From contig CAVYAN010000053.1 in the NCBI GenBank assembly GCA_963766075.1, positions 1 to 64,000 on the forward strand: a stretch of 64,000 nt of DNA, written 5' to 3'. Below the pieces are notes generated by a model. The model worked only from the letters and a program-made list of their open reading frames with translations. It was not told the origin of the DNA and did not search any database. The position numbers were made by a program, and so were the translations under genes. Source of the DNA: an uncultured cyanobacterium. Lineage in GTDB: Bacteria; Cyanobacteriota; Cyanobacteriia; Leptolyngbyales; Leptolyngbyaceae. This document shows positions 34,607 through 45,377 of the stretch, in pieces; positions within the stretch are counted from its first letter, which is position 1; the number at the start of each line of letters is the position of its first letter.

Positions 34607-37600
34607 CTAACTATTAAGTCTGCCGTTGGGTCGTTGTTGCCTACGTAATTCTTCGAGCACCGATGCCCGTACTGCATCTCGCAGCTTGGGCATGTTGATC
34701 GAAGGTTTCTCCTGAGAGGATCCTGCATTGATCTGGATTGGCACCGATACCGATGTCCCGCCCATTGAGCCGCCGCTAGGAATTGCGATCGGGAAGTTGC
34801 CGCCCCGAACAATGCCACCCTCAGAAAATCGTTGAATGCGATCGCCCTTCTGGGCTGCTCCAATCGCATAGCCTGCCCGTGATTGCATCGCCAAATAGCT
34901 CCGGGTCTGCGCCCTGGTCAAAACCATTTCCCCCGGCGTTAGCGTGGCTAGAACTGCATTTGGCCCTTCGCGCCGCAGGGCATAGCCGATCTCATCTGGG
35001 CGATCGCGTAGCCGTTGGTGCCCAGGGTGCCCAGGGACGATCCCACCCTCGGCAAAGCCGAACAGCCCGCCCAGCAGTCCCCCAATACCGCCGCCCCCAC
35101 CGCCGCCGCCAAATAGCCCGCCGCCCCCACCGCCGCCCATGCCAAATAGGTTGCCGAACAATTGCTCTGTGATCAGTTGCGCGGCTAGGTTGGCAAGGCT
35201 GTTTAGAACGTTGTCGATCATCTTGGAGAAAGCGTCCTCAATGCTTTCGTTGCCCGTGATCACATCCCCAAGAAACCCTTGAAATGCACCCTTCACACCC
35301 TTCAGCGCTTCGGTCATTGGGTTGAACTGTGCATTGATGTTCTGTAAGTTCACTGCATTGAGTTCAGTGAGGTTGTTACGGAGTTGGGCAACAATGTCCG
35401 GCGCTGCTCCAACGTCCTTAGCCCACTGGTCGATCTCGCGCATCCCCTGTTGAAGGGAATAGTTTTCGCGGGCGATCGCGCCCTCTTTTTCATACTGGTT
35501 AGCCTGATACTCAAATCCCATGGTTCGGGCATAGTTACCCTTGGCATCGTTGATCGACATTCGGGACTCAAACACTTTTGAATCCTCCTGCCACTTCATT
35601 TCACTCTGCTGCTTCCTCAGTTCCTCGGTCTGGGCCTCAAGCTGACTCTGAAGATTGCTCAAGTCAATCTGGGACAACCGCTCATACTCAGCCCTGAGCG
35701 CCGCCGCCTGCTCCGTGGTTCGCTCACCCTTGCGAACCTGCTCATCTAGCGCCATACCCAATTGAGCAATCTGGCTCTGGGCGTTCTTTTGATCCGCTTG
35801 GAACCCCAATTGAAGGGCCTTTTGCTGGAGCGAAAACCGTTGATCGCGTGTAGTCCCAGGGCGTTGGGCTTGGTTCTGGGCCTGTTGGGCCTCGGCCCTC
35901 AATACCTCAATTTGTTTACCCCCTAGCTCCTGCTCAAATGCAAATTTTCGAGCGGCATTGGCCTGCTCATACTTTTGGCGGATGTCCGCTAGCTTTTTCA
36001 GTGCATCGTCGTCAATGTTCCCGCTTAGGGTGTTTAACTTAGCATCCTGCTCTTGAAGCAAGGTGATCTGTTTATCCAGCTCTGGGACAAACCGCTTAAG
36101 CTCCTCCGGTAAGCCATCACCTTTTTTAAGCACATCCCGAACACTAAGAGCTTCAGTCAGTGTGGATTTTACCTTCTCCGATTCATCGGCAACCTTTTCC
36201 CGAAAATTGCGATACTCCCGTTCAGCCTGGGTCAGCTCTTGCTGAAATTGCTTGTCTGGTGTGCTTTCCCCAATCTGCGATCGCATATCACCAAACTGCT
36301 CCAACAGATCCCGCGTAGATCGGGACTGGTCCCGACCTGCCGTCTGCAACTGCCGCTCCGCCTTTCTGGCTGCCCTAGCAGCATCCAAGCGGGCACCCGC
36401 CCCCATCGCCCTGGCTCTGGCCTCAATGTCCGCGATCTCTTGCCGCGAAGTCTGGGTAGCCATTCCAGCCGCATCACCTAAGCGCCCCTGTAGCGCCGCC
36501 CCGGCATCCGCCGCGCTTTCCCTGCGATTGATCTCAGCATTGGTATAAGCCGTCGTGGGTGCCATCCTCGCGCCCGATCTCGCTTTGTTGTAATAGCTCA
36601 TAAAGCTACCATGCCGCCCCTCTGGTGTGAGCTGCCCTGGGTAGTAGCCCCGCCCGCCCTCATACTCGACTGATGCCCATTCTGGGGCGATCGCCCGCAA
36701 TGTTGCGGTATTAACTTTCCCGGCTGCCACCTGATCTAGAACGCCCCGCCGCTTGAGCAGTGCGATCGCCGCGATCTCCTGCGATTGCGGGCTAAAGTCC
36801 GGCAAACCTAATTGTTGGCGCTGCTCCTTCCAGGTATGGCCCATGAACTGATACCGACCCGACGCGCTAGTAGCGCCCCCTGGGGTAAGCTCACGGCCAT
36901 CATAGGGATGCTTAGAAAGGTCATTGATTTGCCGGTACCCGAAACCCAAGTTATACCCGCCGCCCGGTTCACCCTCAAGCCCCTCAGCCCGTGCCACCGC
37001 CGCCAAAAATGCCTTGACATTGGGATTGTTCAGGTATGCCGCCATTTTGCGGCCCTCTGGGGTCAGGGTGGAGGGTAAATTCTTGGTTACTCCCATGGGT
37101 GCTCCCCCCCCTGCTGGTGATTTGGGTAACGCGGGTCTGCTTACCGTTGCAACTGCGGCCCCACTGACCACGCGATCCTGTGGCAATGTGCGGGCATTGT
37201 CCCCGTGCCCCGTGGACATGAGGTATTTTCCGTTTTTGTCGTAGATGTTTACATAGTTGCCGTAGCCACCGCCAGAAGCGTAATCAAGCTTGGACCCAGG
37301 GATGGCAGGTAACAGTACCTCTGCCCCTTCTACTGATTTGTCATATCGCCCGCGCCCTTTTTTGGGTAGATAGTAGTCGATTGAGCGGACCCCGTTGTTG
37401 ATGTCGCGCCCTTGGGAATGATGTGCCTCAAATGCCCGTTTTAAGAGCGCTTCCCGTGCCTTGTAATCTGCCAGCTCGTTATAACGCGCCCCGGCCACCG
37501 CTGCATTAGAGAACTCAATCTCGCGCCCCTGGGCACGATAACCCGCCGCCATCTTATCGAACATCTCGACAACCTTGGGCCACGACACATCACGAGAAAC

Positions 37601-40600
37601 CTTGGTGTCAATGTGGTATTCAGCGCTCCCGCCGTTCCTCTGCGACGGACCGCTGTACAAACCCGATCGCAGTATCCCGGCCACCGCGCCCGCCGCCTGC
37701 TGGCTCTGCTGCTGCTGTGGATTGGCAACAACCTCTGATCCGGTTGGCAATTGCCCACCCAGCTCCGTGGCCTGCTTCAAGGTGTCCTGCAACTGCTGCT
37801 GCTTGCCCATGATTTCCCGTTGGGCGGCGATCGCCTGCTCAAAAGGTTGGCTCAATGAATCGACCAACCCGATCAAGCTATCAACGAACTCGCTAATGTA
37901 GTTATCCTGGAACCCTTTAAGCGCCGACTTTAGGCGGTTTTTAGCGTTAGCATTAGCGATCTGATTGCGGATCTCTTTTGAGCTAAGCGCCGCCTCTTGA
38001 GCCTGCCGCTGGATGCCCTGGTAGAACTCCTCAACCTGTTTGGCCAGGTCGCGCATCCGCCGCATTGCGGATACTTGCGCCTCGGCTAGGTCTGCTTCAA
38101 ATCCGGCGACTTGCCCTTCTAGTTGTTGCAGATCAGCCAGCTTGGCCAGTAGGGCTTTATCCCGTGGCCCCGTGGCGCGATCGCTCAATGTTTTCAGCTC
38201 TGCGGCCCCGGTCTGATCCGTGATGTTGTAATTTTTGCGGATTGTCCCAACATCCTGCACGTTCATCTCAGAGCGCATCTGGGCGATCGCCTGCCGATTG
38301 AGTTTAATCTTCTCGGCGAGTTGATCCTGTTGCAATAGCTCGGTTCTCCGTGCGCTTTCCCCTTGGGAGCCGCCCGCTAGTTCTGATTCGGCGATCGCCT
38401 TACGGGTTGCGTTCCCGGTCTTTTCGAGGGCGCTGGTCGCATCTTCCAATTTGTCAACGATGCCAGCCCACGCCCGCTCGAAAGCTGCTAAACCGTTGAC
38501 CGAACTTGCCATAGCTTGAGTCAGAGCTTCCTGATCCTTTTGCGCCCCAGCCAGCGCGGTTTGGAATTGCACTAACCGCACGTTGTATTCATCCTGAGTA
38601 ATCTTGCCGCTCTGGGCCAAATCTCCCAGGCTCTTGATCGCGGCCTTGTAGGTTTCGATTTCCGCCGCGTTAGCCTGCTGCAAAGCGGCCACAGGGCGCA
38701 CCAAAGCTTCCCGCTTGCCTAGTAATGCATCTTCTTGGGATTTGAGTGCCCTCGCCCCTTCTTTGTCGTTGGGGTTGGTAACCGCCAGCCCCCGCCGCCG
38801 CCCCTGGATCTCCTGAATCTGACGATCAATATCCTTGACCTGGTTCAGTTCAGATTGAGCGCCCTTCAGTTGTTGGGTAACTCGATAACGCATCTCCATT
38901 CGGGAGCCAGCCAAATCGTCCATGGCAATGCTGCGATCGTCCGCTTGGTTCTGGGCAAAGGTCCGGCCACCTAGTAAACCCTGTGCGCCGCGCTCAAAAT
39001 CCCCGATCGCCTGTTTAGCGCGATCGCCCCCAATGAACCCAGCCACCCCACCTAGGAAGCTATCTTGCAATAGCGAATCCCCCTTTAACCCGCTGGCGTT
39101 CTTCGGCATGGAGTCCATGAAATTGCGCTGGGCTTTACCCGCTGAAGCCAGTGCAGACTCATAATCCTTTAGCCCGGTCTGTGCCGCCGTGGCAAACTCG
39201 CGGAATTGCCCACCCTGATCACTCAGGGCTTTACCCACCATACCAAGCATGTCGATGATGGTTTGAACAATCAAGAACTTAGCCAGGAACGCGCCGACGA
39301 TTGGCGCGAACTTGGCGATCATCGCCATCAGTGACCCCAACGCCTTACTTAAGGTTGGGATAATTGCGCCCGCCGCCGCAAAGGATGCAAGGAATTTCCC
39401 GGCGAACAGGACGGCGATCGCGGGTAACATTTTCATCAGGATTGTTAGAACCCCGATCAACATCTCAATGCCGCCTACTGCAACATCAGCGCCGATTTTG
39501 TTGAGTTGTAAAATGAATTGCCCCATTGTTGCCTGCAATTCAAAAATTACATTATTTAGGCGATTGAGCGATGCTTGCGCGGACTTGGCGGAAGCTGCGA
39601 TACCAACGGAACTTTCTGCCCCTAGTTGCTGTGCAAATTTGGGTAAGAATTCAGAGGATAAAATCTCCCCGCGTTCCACCATTTTGGAAAACTCAGATGT
39701 CGTCATACCCATTGATCTTGCTGCAACATTTAGCGCCCCTGGTAGGCTGTCCCCCAATTGTTGACGTAGTTCTTCCATGCTTACGACGCCCTTTGAAGCT
39801 AGTTGCGAAAGTGCTTCAAATACTAGCTTCTGTCGCTCTGGAGACAATTGATAATTAGCCGTAGCCTGAGATACGTTTTTGAAAATCGAGAGCGATTGAT
39901 CGCCTTCCAGCGAAGTATCTTTCGTGCTTGCACTGAACTGGGCATATCCTTCAACTGAAGCTCTTAAATCTGTCCCTAATCGCTTAGCTTCACTTCTCAG
40001 AGAAGCCATAACTTCAGCACCCCGACCCGCACCGCCGCTTGTGAAGTTGATGGTCCGATTGAATCGGTCCATGTCTAGTGCGGCTTGCTTACAGGCTTCC
40101 CCAATTTGCTGAAGAATTGGGATAATTACTGCCGCGCCGCCCAACCCCAGCAGGGAGGACATTGCCAGTCCAAAAGCCCCAGGGATTTTCATGAATGTGC
40201 CGATCATCGACTGGATCCGCTCTTTAGCCATGTCGATGAATCCGCCCGCGCTGACCAGTCGCTTAATGCGAGACGAGATCGTTTCAGGTTGCTCTATATC
40301 TGGTAGCCTGACCGATTGATTAAACCGTTGATTTACGTTGGATTCTGCGCGTTCAAATCGGTTGTAATTCTTACCAAAGCTGGCCTCTGCCTGGTATGCC
40401 TTAGCTTCTGCCTCTGGATCTGGTTTGGCGTTAAGTTCGCGGATCCGGTTTACTGCTGAAGAGATAGCTTCATCTATTCCGCCGAATGCAAACTGCACAT
40501 CTTGAGCCGCTGAATCCAGCCCGGAGAACTCAGCTAGAACCTGATTGACTTGCTCTTGCAAACCCATGGAGGAATACTGTCGTGTTTCCCCGCTGCTGAA

Positions 40601-43600
40601 TTGTTGGCGTGCCTCCACGACACGAGGGGCGATCGCCGCAGCCGCAGCCGCCCCTTTGCCTGGTACTGCCGCCAGAACCGGGCTGATACTGTTGAGGATT
40701 TGATCGACGGCCATAGCGATCGCGGATCCGGCGACATCCCCGGTTAATCCATTGCCCATCTCGGACTCTAGGGCTTGCAGCTCTATCGCCGCCTGCTTAA
40801 GCAGAGCATTGAACTTTTGCAGTAGCGTGGCCGATTGATACACCTGGTCATTTTGAAGCTTCTGATAAGCCGTTACACCCGCCGCCCCGGCCAAACTGGT
40901 TTGCCGTGCTGCCATGCTGCCCACAACCCCGGCAACACTGCCAGCCACCGGACCCGCCGCGCCCGCCGCCGTGCTTGCTAGGGTGCCCCCGGCGATCGCC
41001 GCTGCATCTGGCAACACCCGGCGCAAAGTTGCCGGATCGCGCAAAGACTGCATTAAATCAGCGATTTGTTGCCGCCGATCCTCGAAGGCATACTGTTGCT
41101 CGGGAACCTTGAGCCGCGCCTGAGTCGCTAAGTTTTTGGCGCGTGAGATCTGGGACTTTGTATTGTTGATCTGATTCCCGGCCCTGGTCCCCATCTTGGC
41201 GTCAGCGCCCAAGCTGGCCGACAACTCCGAGATCTCGGCAGTAGCGGTTTCTGCCATATCTTGGATTGTGCGGATCAGTGCGTCAGCTAATTGCAAATCA
41301 CCTTTCTTGATCGCCGCCTTTAGCCCTTGGTAACCCTCGCGAATCTGGGCAGAGATTTCCTTAGCCCGCGCTACTGCATCATCTGCACTGACCTTATAGG
41401 CGAAGGTGGCCTGTTCCACCTTGATTTGATCGACCTGAATCTGCTTGGCGGCTGCCGCCGTCGAGGAAGTTGCATTGCTTGAAACCGCTGCTGTGAGGGC
41501 TTTTAGGGGTTGTTGCGCCTCAACTAAAATCGGCTCTGCCTGTGGCGGTAGGGCGAGTTTAGGTTTGAAATCCACCGCGTTGCCCACCGCCGATACTGCG
41601 GCCCCGGTCCCGGCCTGCAACATCTTCCCCCCTAGAACGACCGTGCCAGCATTAACGGCCATATCGCCGATTGCGCCGCCCGCCGCATGAATTGCCCCCG
41701 TGGTCGCAGTAGACACGCCCTGAGCAATCCCCATGGCATGTGGGAATGCTTGCCCAATGAACCCAGCCGCCGAATTAGCCAAACCGCTGGTTCCAGCCTG
41801 CATCAATGGATCAAGCCCAGCCCCTACCAACCCATGCAATCCCTGCGCCACAGCGCCGCCTGCTGGACCTAGGGCATGGGTGGCTAGGGTGAAACCAACC
41901 GCAGGCAGGGCAAGCTGCTGCAAGCCCCCTTTGATCGTGCGTCCCATGGGCATGATGTCTAGGGCCACCCCTTCCAGACCTTTGGCCAGTGCCAGCCCCG
42001 CCCGCGCCGCCGTGCCAAGGGCATGGGCCACCCCGGCCCCGGCCTTGATCAGCCCATTGGTTGCTTCGTCGGAGCGCATGGCCAGAGCGCTAGATTGTTG
42101 AGAGTTGGCATATTCAGCCACCTTCCGAAACACGGATTGCCCAGCCCCGGCAACGCGCCCCGCGACAACTCCGGCCCCGGCTGCTGCCTCCTGCAACTGC
42201 TCCCGCCGCCGCGCCGCCGCCTCCTGCCGCTGCAATTGCTCTGCCGCCCGCCGCCGCGACACAGCAAAAACTTCCTGGCTCATCCGATCTACATCCGGAT
42301 AATTGCCGATCGCGTCAATCAACTGCTTTTTATTAAGCTGCCCCGCCCCTTCAACCCCTAGGTTTTGGGCGATCGATAATAACTCTTTTTTGCGATTGAA
42401 CGTCCCCGCCGCTTCCCGTGCGGTTTGCCTTAGGCGATCTGGCTTTTCGGAAATTGCCTGACCAAAATCTTCATAAAGCTGGAACAGATCGGCGATCGCG
42501 CCCTTGAAGGCGACTTGCAGTTTGCCAATCTCCTGATCAATTTCTGCTACAGGAAGCTGGCTAATATCGGGGATTGCATCAAAGCTTCTAGAAAATTCTC
42601 TATTGATGTCCTCAATTTCAGCCAGCATGGCCGAAATTTCTTCATCAACATTTACTGTAGCCCCGGCGATTTTGCCCTTCAGCGATTGCAGGATTTTAAG
42701 CTGTGCTTCGTTGTATTGGTTTCGGATTTCACCACCGCCAACACCAGCCATGGAGTTAAACCGGGCGATCGCCTGCTTTTGTTCAACACCGGCCTTAATT
42801 GCGGCAGTGTTACGCTCTGCGAATACGTAGGCATCTGTTTCTACCGCCCGGTTATAGCTGGAATTCCCCCCGACATTAGCCTTTACAGATCCTTCAATCC
42901 GCCCACCTAGCTTTTTAGCTTCCTCGGCTGTTGCCTGCAACAGCTCCACACCCGTTTCAGTTCCGTGTGCCAGTTCACCGAATAGAGCCTGCATCGCATG
43001 ACGCAGCTCATGAACCAATGTTTCAAATTCTTTATCGCCAAGCTTGCCCTTGCTTATCTGTTCAACGACTTCAGGACGTATTCTGATTTCATTGGTTGCC
43101 GGACTGTAAGAAGCGTTAGCAGTTTTAGGCATTTGATCGTCGGCGACTAATCGCGGTATGTCTGCGCTAGTCATTGCAACTTTGGATGCTTTGGCTACAT
43201 CCAAAGCGATTTGCTCATAGATACCTGCAACGCTGTCAAATTCGTAAGTACCCTGAACCCGCGCAGCCTGCACAGTACGCCCTGAGCGCGATGCAACATC
43301 TGCCGGGATCTTAAGCAAGTCCTTATTGTGCTCTATGGCCGTGCTTCTCTGAAACGAACGGTTAGCCCGGTAGAAGTCATCAATACTTTGCTGCAAAGCG
43401 GCAGAGTCTTTACTGAGATTCGTTTCAGCGGTTCGATAGATTCCCTTTAGCTCACTACTAAGATCCGAATAAGAATCAGATAAGTTTTTTATCCGTCCAC
43501 TGATCCTGTTAACACCTTCCTGATCTCCCGTTGCCGCTGCTGCCTGAAGATCAGGCATTAGTGCTTCCCTGGATTTCTGATTGTCCGCCATGCGATCTCG

Positions 43601-44581
43601 AACCCTGCCCGCGCCTAAGCGCTCCGTTTCCGCCTCCATCTTGGATTGAAGCGCCTGGGCTTGACTTTGAATGCGATCGCGTTCGGTTTCTAGTTGGCGC
43701 TGCTGCTGCTGCAACCGATCATAATTCTGCTTGAATTGCTTATTTTCTTCGCGGGCCTGCTCCCCGGCGTAGCTATCACGCTTCTTGGCCTGAGCGGTTT
43801 GCTTACCCCTAGTCGCGAACCCTTCGCGGGCAATGTCGGCCTCTCCAATGACATCGTTAATAACCTGGGTTACACCCGCCAGATCCGCGCCCATGGCGTC
43901 TAGCAGCTCTTCTGCTAATCCCTGCCCTAGCTTGCGCCCGACCAGGTTAAAGCTCCCGATTATATCGCTCAATTCACCCTGAATCCCATCAGACAACCCT
44001 TTACCCAAATCATGGGCAATGTTTTGCCCTAGACCCAAACCAACACCAGACACGATCGGGCCAAACATAGACCCGATCGCCTTAAATGGTGCTGTGATCA
44101 GCCCGGTCAACAGATTACCCTTCGGCTTAGCCGCAGCAAAACCATTTTCAATAGCCTTGGAAATCGCCTTGCTAACGCCGTCAGAGTCAGTTTTTACCTG
44201 AACTTGCTGAGTTTGTTGAGTTTGCTGAACGGGTTGAACTGGTGTCGCAGTTGCCTTGACGTTAACCTGAACGTTTCGATTCTGGAGACGATCAAGCTGT
44301 TTATTTAGGTTGGTTAAGCCCTGATCATTGACCTTTGGAGTTAATGGCCTTGTGTCCATCAGAGTTTGCACTCGGCCCCAGTGCTGCTCTTTGCTGGTGA
44401 GGTGACGATTTAAGGCGGTTAACTTTGAATCGTCAACCTTAGCCGTGTAGCCCCGCCCTAGCGATCGCTCAATCATCCCCCCCACCCTAAGGGCATCCGT
44501 TCGGGCTTTCTCCAAGGTCCGGTTATAGTCCGTTGGATTGAGCTTCAGATCGAGGATGAGTTGACCAAGCGATAGTGCCAT
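34607..44581 (-). CDS. tape measure protein with embedded enzymatic domains
   Basis: 3324 aa; QLASKGVVSMEELRQQLGDSLPGA tape-measure motif; C-terminal FAEGG motif; HELRH, GGGYGNYV and ASGRYQF motifs. Confidence 0.95.
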   Translation of the reverse strand: MALSLGQLILDLKLNPTDYNRTLEKARTDALRVGGMIERSLGRGYTAKVDDSKLTALNRHLTSKEQHWGRVQTLMDTRPLTPKVNDQGLTNLNKQLDRLQNRNVQVNVKATATPVQPVQQTQQTQQVQVKTDSDGVSKAISKAIENGFAAAKPKGNLLTGLITAPFKAIGSMFGPIVSGVGLGLGQNIAHDLGKGLSDGIQGELSDIIGSFNLVGRKLGQGLAEELLDAMGADLAGVTQVINDVIGEADIAREGFATRGKQTAQAKKRDSYAGEQAREENKQFKQNYDRLQQQQRQLETERDRIQSQAQALQSKMEAETERLGAGRVRDRMADNQKSREALMPDLQAAAATGDQEGVNRISGRIKNLSDSYSDLSSELKGIYRTAETNLSKDSAALQQSIDDFYRANRSFQRSTAIEHNKDLLKIPADVASRSGRTVQAARVQGTYEFDSVAGIYEQIALDVAKASKVAMTSADIPRLVADDQMPKTANASYSPATNEIRIRPEVVEQISKGKLGDKEFETLVHELRHAMQALFGELAHGTETGVELLQATAEEAKKLGGRIEGSVKANVGGNSSYNRAVETDAYVFAERNTAAIKAGVEQKQAIARFNSMAGVGGGEIRNQYNEAQLKILQSLKGKIAGATVNVDEEISAMLAEIEDINREFSRSFDAIPDISQLPVAEIDQEIGKLQVAFKGAIADLFQLYEDFGQAISEKPDRLRQTAREAAGTFNRKKELLSIAQNLGVEGAGQLNKKQLIDAIGNYPDVDRMSQEVFAVSRRRAAEQLQRQEAAARRREQLQEAAAGAGVVAGRVAGAGQSVFRKVAEYANSQQSSALAMRSDEATNGLIKAGAGVAHALGTAARAGLALAKGLEGVALDIMPMGRTIKGGLQQLALPAVGFTLATHALGPAGGAVAQGLHGLVGAGLDPLMQAGTSGLANSAAGFIGQAFPHAMGIAQGVSTATTGAIHAAGGAIGDMAVNAGTVVLGGKMLQAGTGAAVSAVGNAVDFKPKLALPPQAEPILVEAQQPLKALTAAVSSNATSSTAAAAKQIQVDQIKVEQATFAYKVSADDAVARAKEISAQIREGYQGLKAAIKKGDLQLADALIRTIQDMAETATAEISELSASLGADAKMGTRAGNQINNTKSQISRAKNLATQARLKVPEQQYAFEDRRQQIADLMQSLRDPATLRRVLPDAAAIAGGTLASTAAGAAGPVAGSVAGVVGSMAARQTSLAGAAGVTAYQKLQNDQVYQSATLLQKFNALLKQAAIELQALESEMGNGLTGDVAGSAIAMAVDQILNSISPVLAAVPGKGAAAAAAIAPRVVEARQQFSSGETRQYSSMGLQEQVNQVLAEFSGLDSAAQDVQFAFGGIDEAISSAVNRIRELNAKPDPEAEAKAYQAEASFGKNYNRFERAESNVNQRFNQSVRLPDIEQPETISSRIKRLVSAGGFIDMAKERIQSMIGTFMKIPGAFGLAMSSLLGLGGAAVIIPILQQIGEACKQAALDMDRFNRTINFTSGGAGRGAEVMASLRSEAKRLGTDLRASVEGYAQFSASTKDTSLEGDQSLSIFKNVSQATANYQLSPERQKLVFEALSQLASKGVVSMEELRQQLGDSLPGALNVAARSMGMTTSEFSKMVERGEILSSEFLPKFAQQLGAESSVGIAASAKSAQASLNRLNNVIFELQATMGQFILQLNKIGADVAVGGIEMLIGVLTILMKMLPAIAVLFAGKFLASFAAAGAIIPTLSKALGSLMAMIAKFAPIVGAFLAKFLIVQTIIDMLGMVGKALSDQGGQFREFATAAQTGLKDYESALASAGKAQRNFMDSMPKNASGLKGDSLLQDSFLGGVAGFIGGDRAKQAIGDFERGAQGLLGGRTFAQNQADDRSIAMDDLAGSRMEMRYRVTQQLKGAQSELNQVKDIDRQIQEIQGRRRGLAVTNPNDKEGARALKSQEDALLGKREALVRPVAALQQANAAEIETYKAAIKSLGDLAQSGKITQDEYNVRLVQFQTALAGAQKDQEALTQAMASSVNGLAAFERAWAGIVDKLEDATSALEKTGNATRKAIAESELAGGSQGESARRTELLQQDQLAEKIKLNRQAIAQMRSEMNVQDVGTIRKNYNITDQTGAAELKTLSDRATGPRDKALLAKLADLQQLEGQVAGFEADLAEAQVSAMRRMRDLAKQVEEFYQGIQRQAQEAALSSKEIRNQIANANAKNRLKSALKGFQDNYISEFVDSLIGLVDSLSQPFEQAIAAQREIMGKQQQLQDTLKQATELGGQLPTGSEVVANPQQQQSQQAAGAVAGILRSGLYSGPSQRNGGSAEYHIDTKVSRDVSWPKVVEMFDKMAAGYRAQGREIEFSNAAVAGARYNELADYKAREALLKRAFEAHHSQGRDINNGVRSIDYYLPKKGRGRYDKSVEGAEVLLPAIPGSKLDYASGGGYGNYVNIYDKNGKYLMSTGHGDNARTLPQDRVVSGAAVATVSRPALPKSPAGGGAPMGVTKNLPSTLTPEGRKMAAYLNNPNVKAFLAAVARAEGLEGEPGGGYNLGFGYRQINDLSKHPYDGRELTPGGATSASGRYQFMGHTWKEQRQQLGLPDFSPQSQEIAAIALLKRRGVLDQVAAGKVNTATLRAIAPEWASVEYEGGRGYYPGQLTPEGRHGSFMSYYNKARSGARMAPTTAYTNAEINRRESAADAGAALQGRLGDAAGMATQTSRQEIADIEARARAMGAGARLDAARAARKAERQLQTAGRDQSRSTRDLLEQFGDMRSQIGESTPDKQFQQELTQAEREYRNFREKVADESEKVKSTLTEALSVRDVLKKGDGLPEELKRFVPELDKQITLLQEQDAKLNTLSGNIDDDALKKLADIRQKYEQANAARKFAFEQELGGKQIEVLRAEAQQAQNQAQRPGTTRDQRFSLQQKALQLGFQADQKNAQSQIAQLGMALDEQVRKGERTTEQAAALRAEYERLSQIDLSNLQSQLEAQTEELRKQQSEMKWQEDSKVFESRMSINDAKGNYARTMGFEYQANQYEKEGAIARENYSLQQGMREIDQWAKDVGAAPDIVAQLRNNLTELNAVNLQNINAQFNPMTEALKGVKGAFQGFLGDVITGNESIEDAFSKMIDNVLNSLANLAAQLITEQLFGNLFGMGGGGGGGLFGGGGGGGGIGGLLGGLFGFAEGGIVPGHPGHQRLRDRPDEIGYALRREGPNAVLATLTPGEMVLTRAQTRSYLAMQSRAGYAIGAAQKGDRIQRFSEGGIVRGGNFPIAIPSGGSMGGTSVSVPIQINAGSSQEKPSINMPKLRDAVRASVLEELRRQQRPNGRLNS

Positions 44582-44937
44582 TAGAATTCCGGCGTTTTTA
44601 GAGTTGCGGGTTCATATTGATACTTTGCGGCCCACTCAATGAGCACCTTTGCCGCTGCCCGCTCCGTACCAATGGGCTGCATGGGCTGACTCCATTGCGG
44701 AAGCCTTACAGCCATCCAAAGTTCAGCGGGCAATACTGTCGAAATATCCCCGCAGGGCAACAACAAACCCGCATAAAACCAGCCATCTGGGGCTTGGGTG
44801 CCTCCTGCATCCCGGTAGGACTTCCACCCCGTAGAGGGGGGAAGGAGAGCGCACAGGGCAATAAACAGAGCGTTCAAAAAGTTATCTCGGTCTGGGAATG
44901 TCGGTTCTAGTGCGATCGCTTCATCGGTTTCGGTCAT
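44581..44937 (-). CDS. hypothetical protein (WDGH-family-like, degenerate)
   Basis: LFIALC...GWKS...DGWFYAGLLLPCGDIS...LW. Confidence 0.5.
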   Translation of the reverse strand: MTETDEAIALEPTFPDRDNFLNALFIALCALLPPSTGWKSYRDAGGTQAPDGWFYAGLLLPCGDISTVLPAELWMAVRLPQWSQPMQPIGTERAAAKVLIEWAAKYQYEPATLKTPEF

Positions 44938-45377
44938 GCTTGCTTTTTTGCCTCCTTAAGGAAATCGGATAACTGGCCTAGGAATTCCTGGGGAATCTTA
45001 CCCTCGCGCTCCAACTGAATCAGAATTTTGCTGGTCTTGCGGCTGATCCTGCGATCGCTGTTGTCGGTGGCCTCTCCTGGGAACGGCAATAAGTCCCTTG
45101 GATCGATGGAAGTATTCTCCCCGCCTAGCATTGAGATGACAGCAGCCCACCCCTGAGCATTGGTTTCACTGAGGTGGTTTGCCCGCTGCCGCTCGATCGT
45201 CTCCCCGCTTTCCAGGCAATCCAGGATCAACCAATCTACTTGATCGCCGAAGGTGTCTGGGCCAAACCTAGGGTCAGAGAGGTTGAGCCGTTGGATCCTC
45301 CAGTAGAGGTTTCCCCAATCAATGGGGTCTTTGGTAAGATATTCTCCGAGCTGGGCAAGCTCGTCATCAAGTTTCCC
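44934..45377 (-). CDS. tail assembly chaperone, frameshift extension (gpGT-like)
   Basis: -1 frame open from the slippery site 45377 through ORF 44934..45230 (KLDDELAQLGEYLTKDPIDWGNLYWRIQ...). Confidence 0.8.
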   Translation of the reverse strand, partial: GKLDDELAQLGEYLTKDPIDWGNLYWRIQRLNLSDPRFGPDTFGDQVDWLILDCLESGETIERQRANHLSETNAQGWAAVISMLGGENTSIDPRDLLPFPGEATDNSDRRISRKTSKILIQLEREGKIPQEFLGQLSDFLKEAKKQA

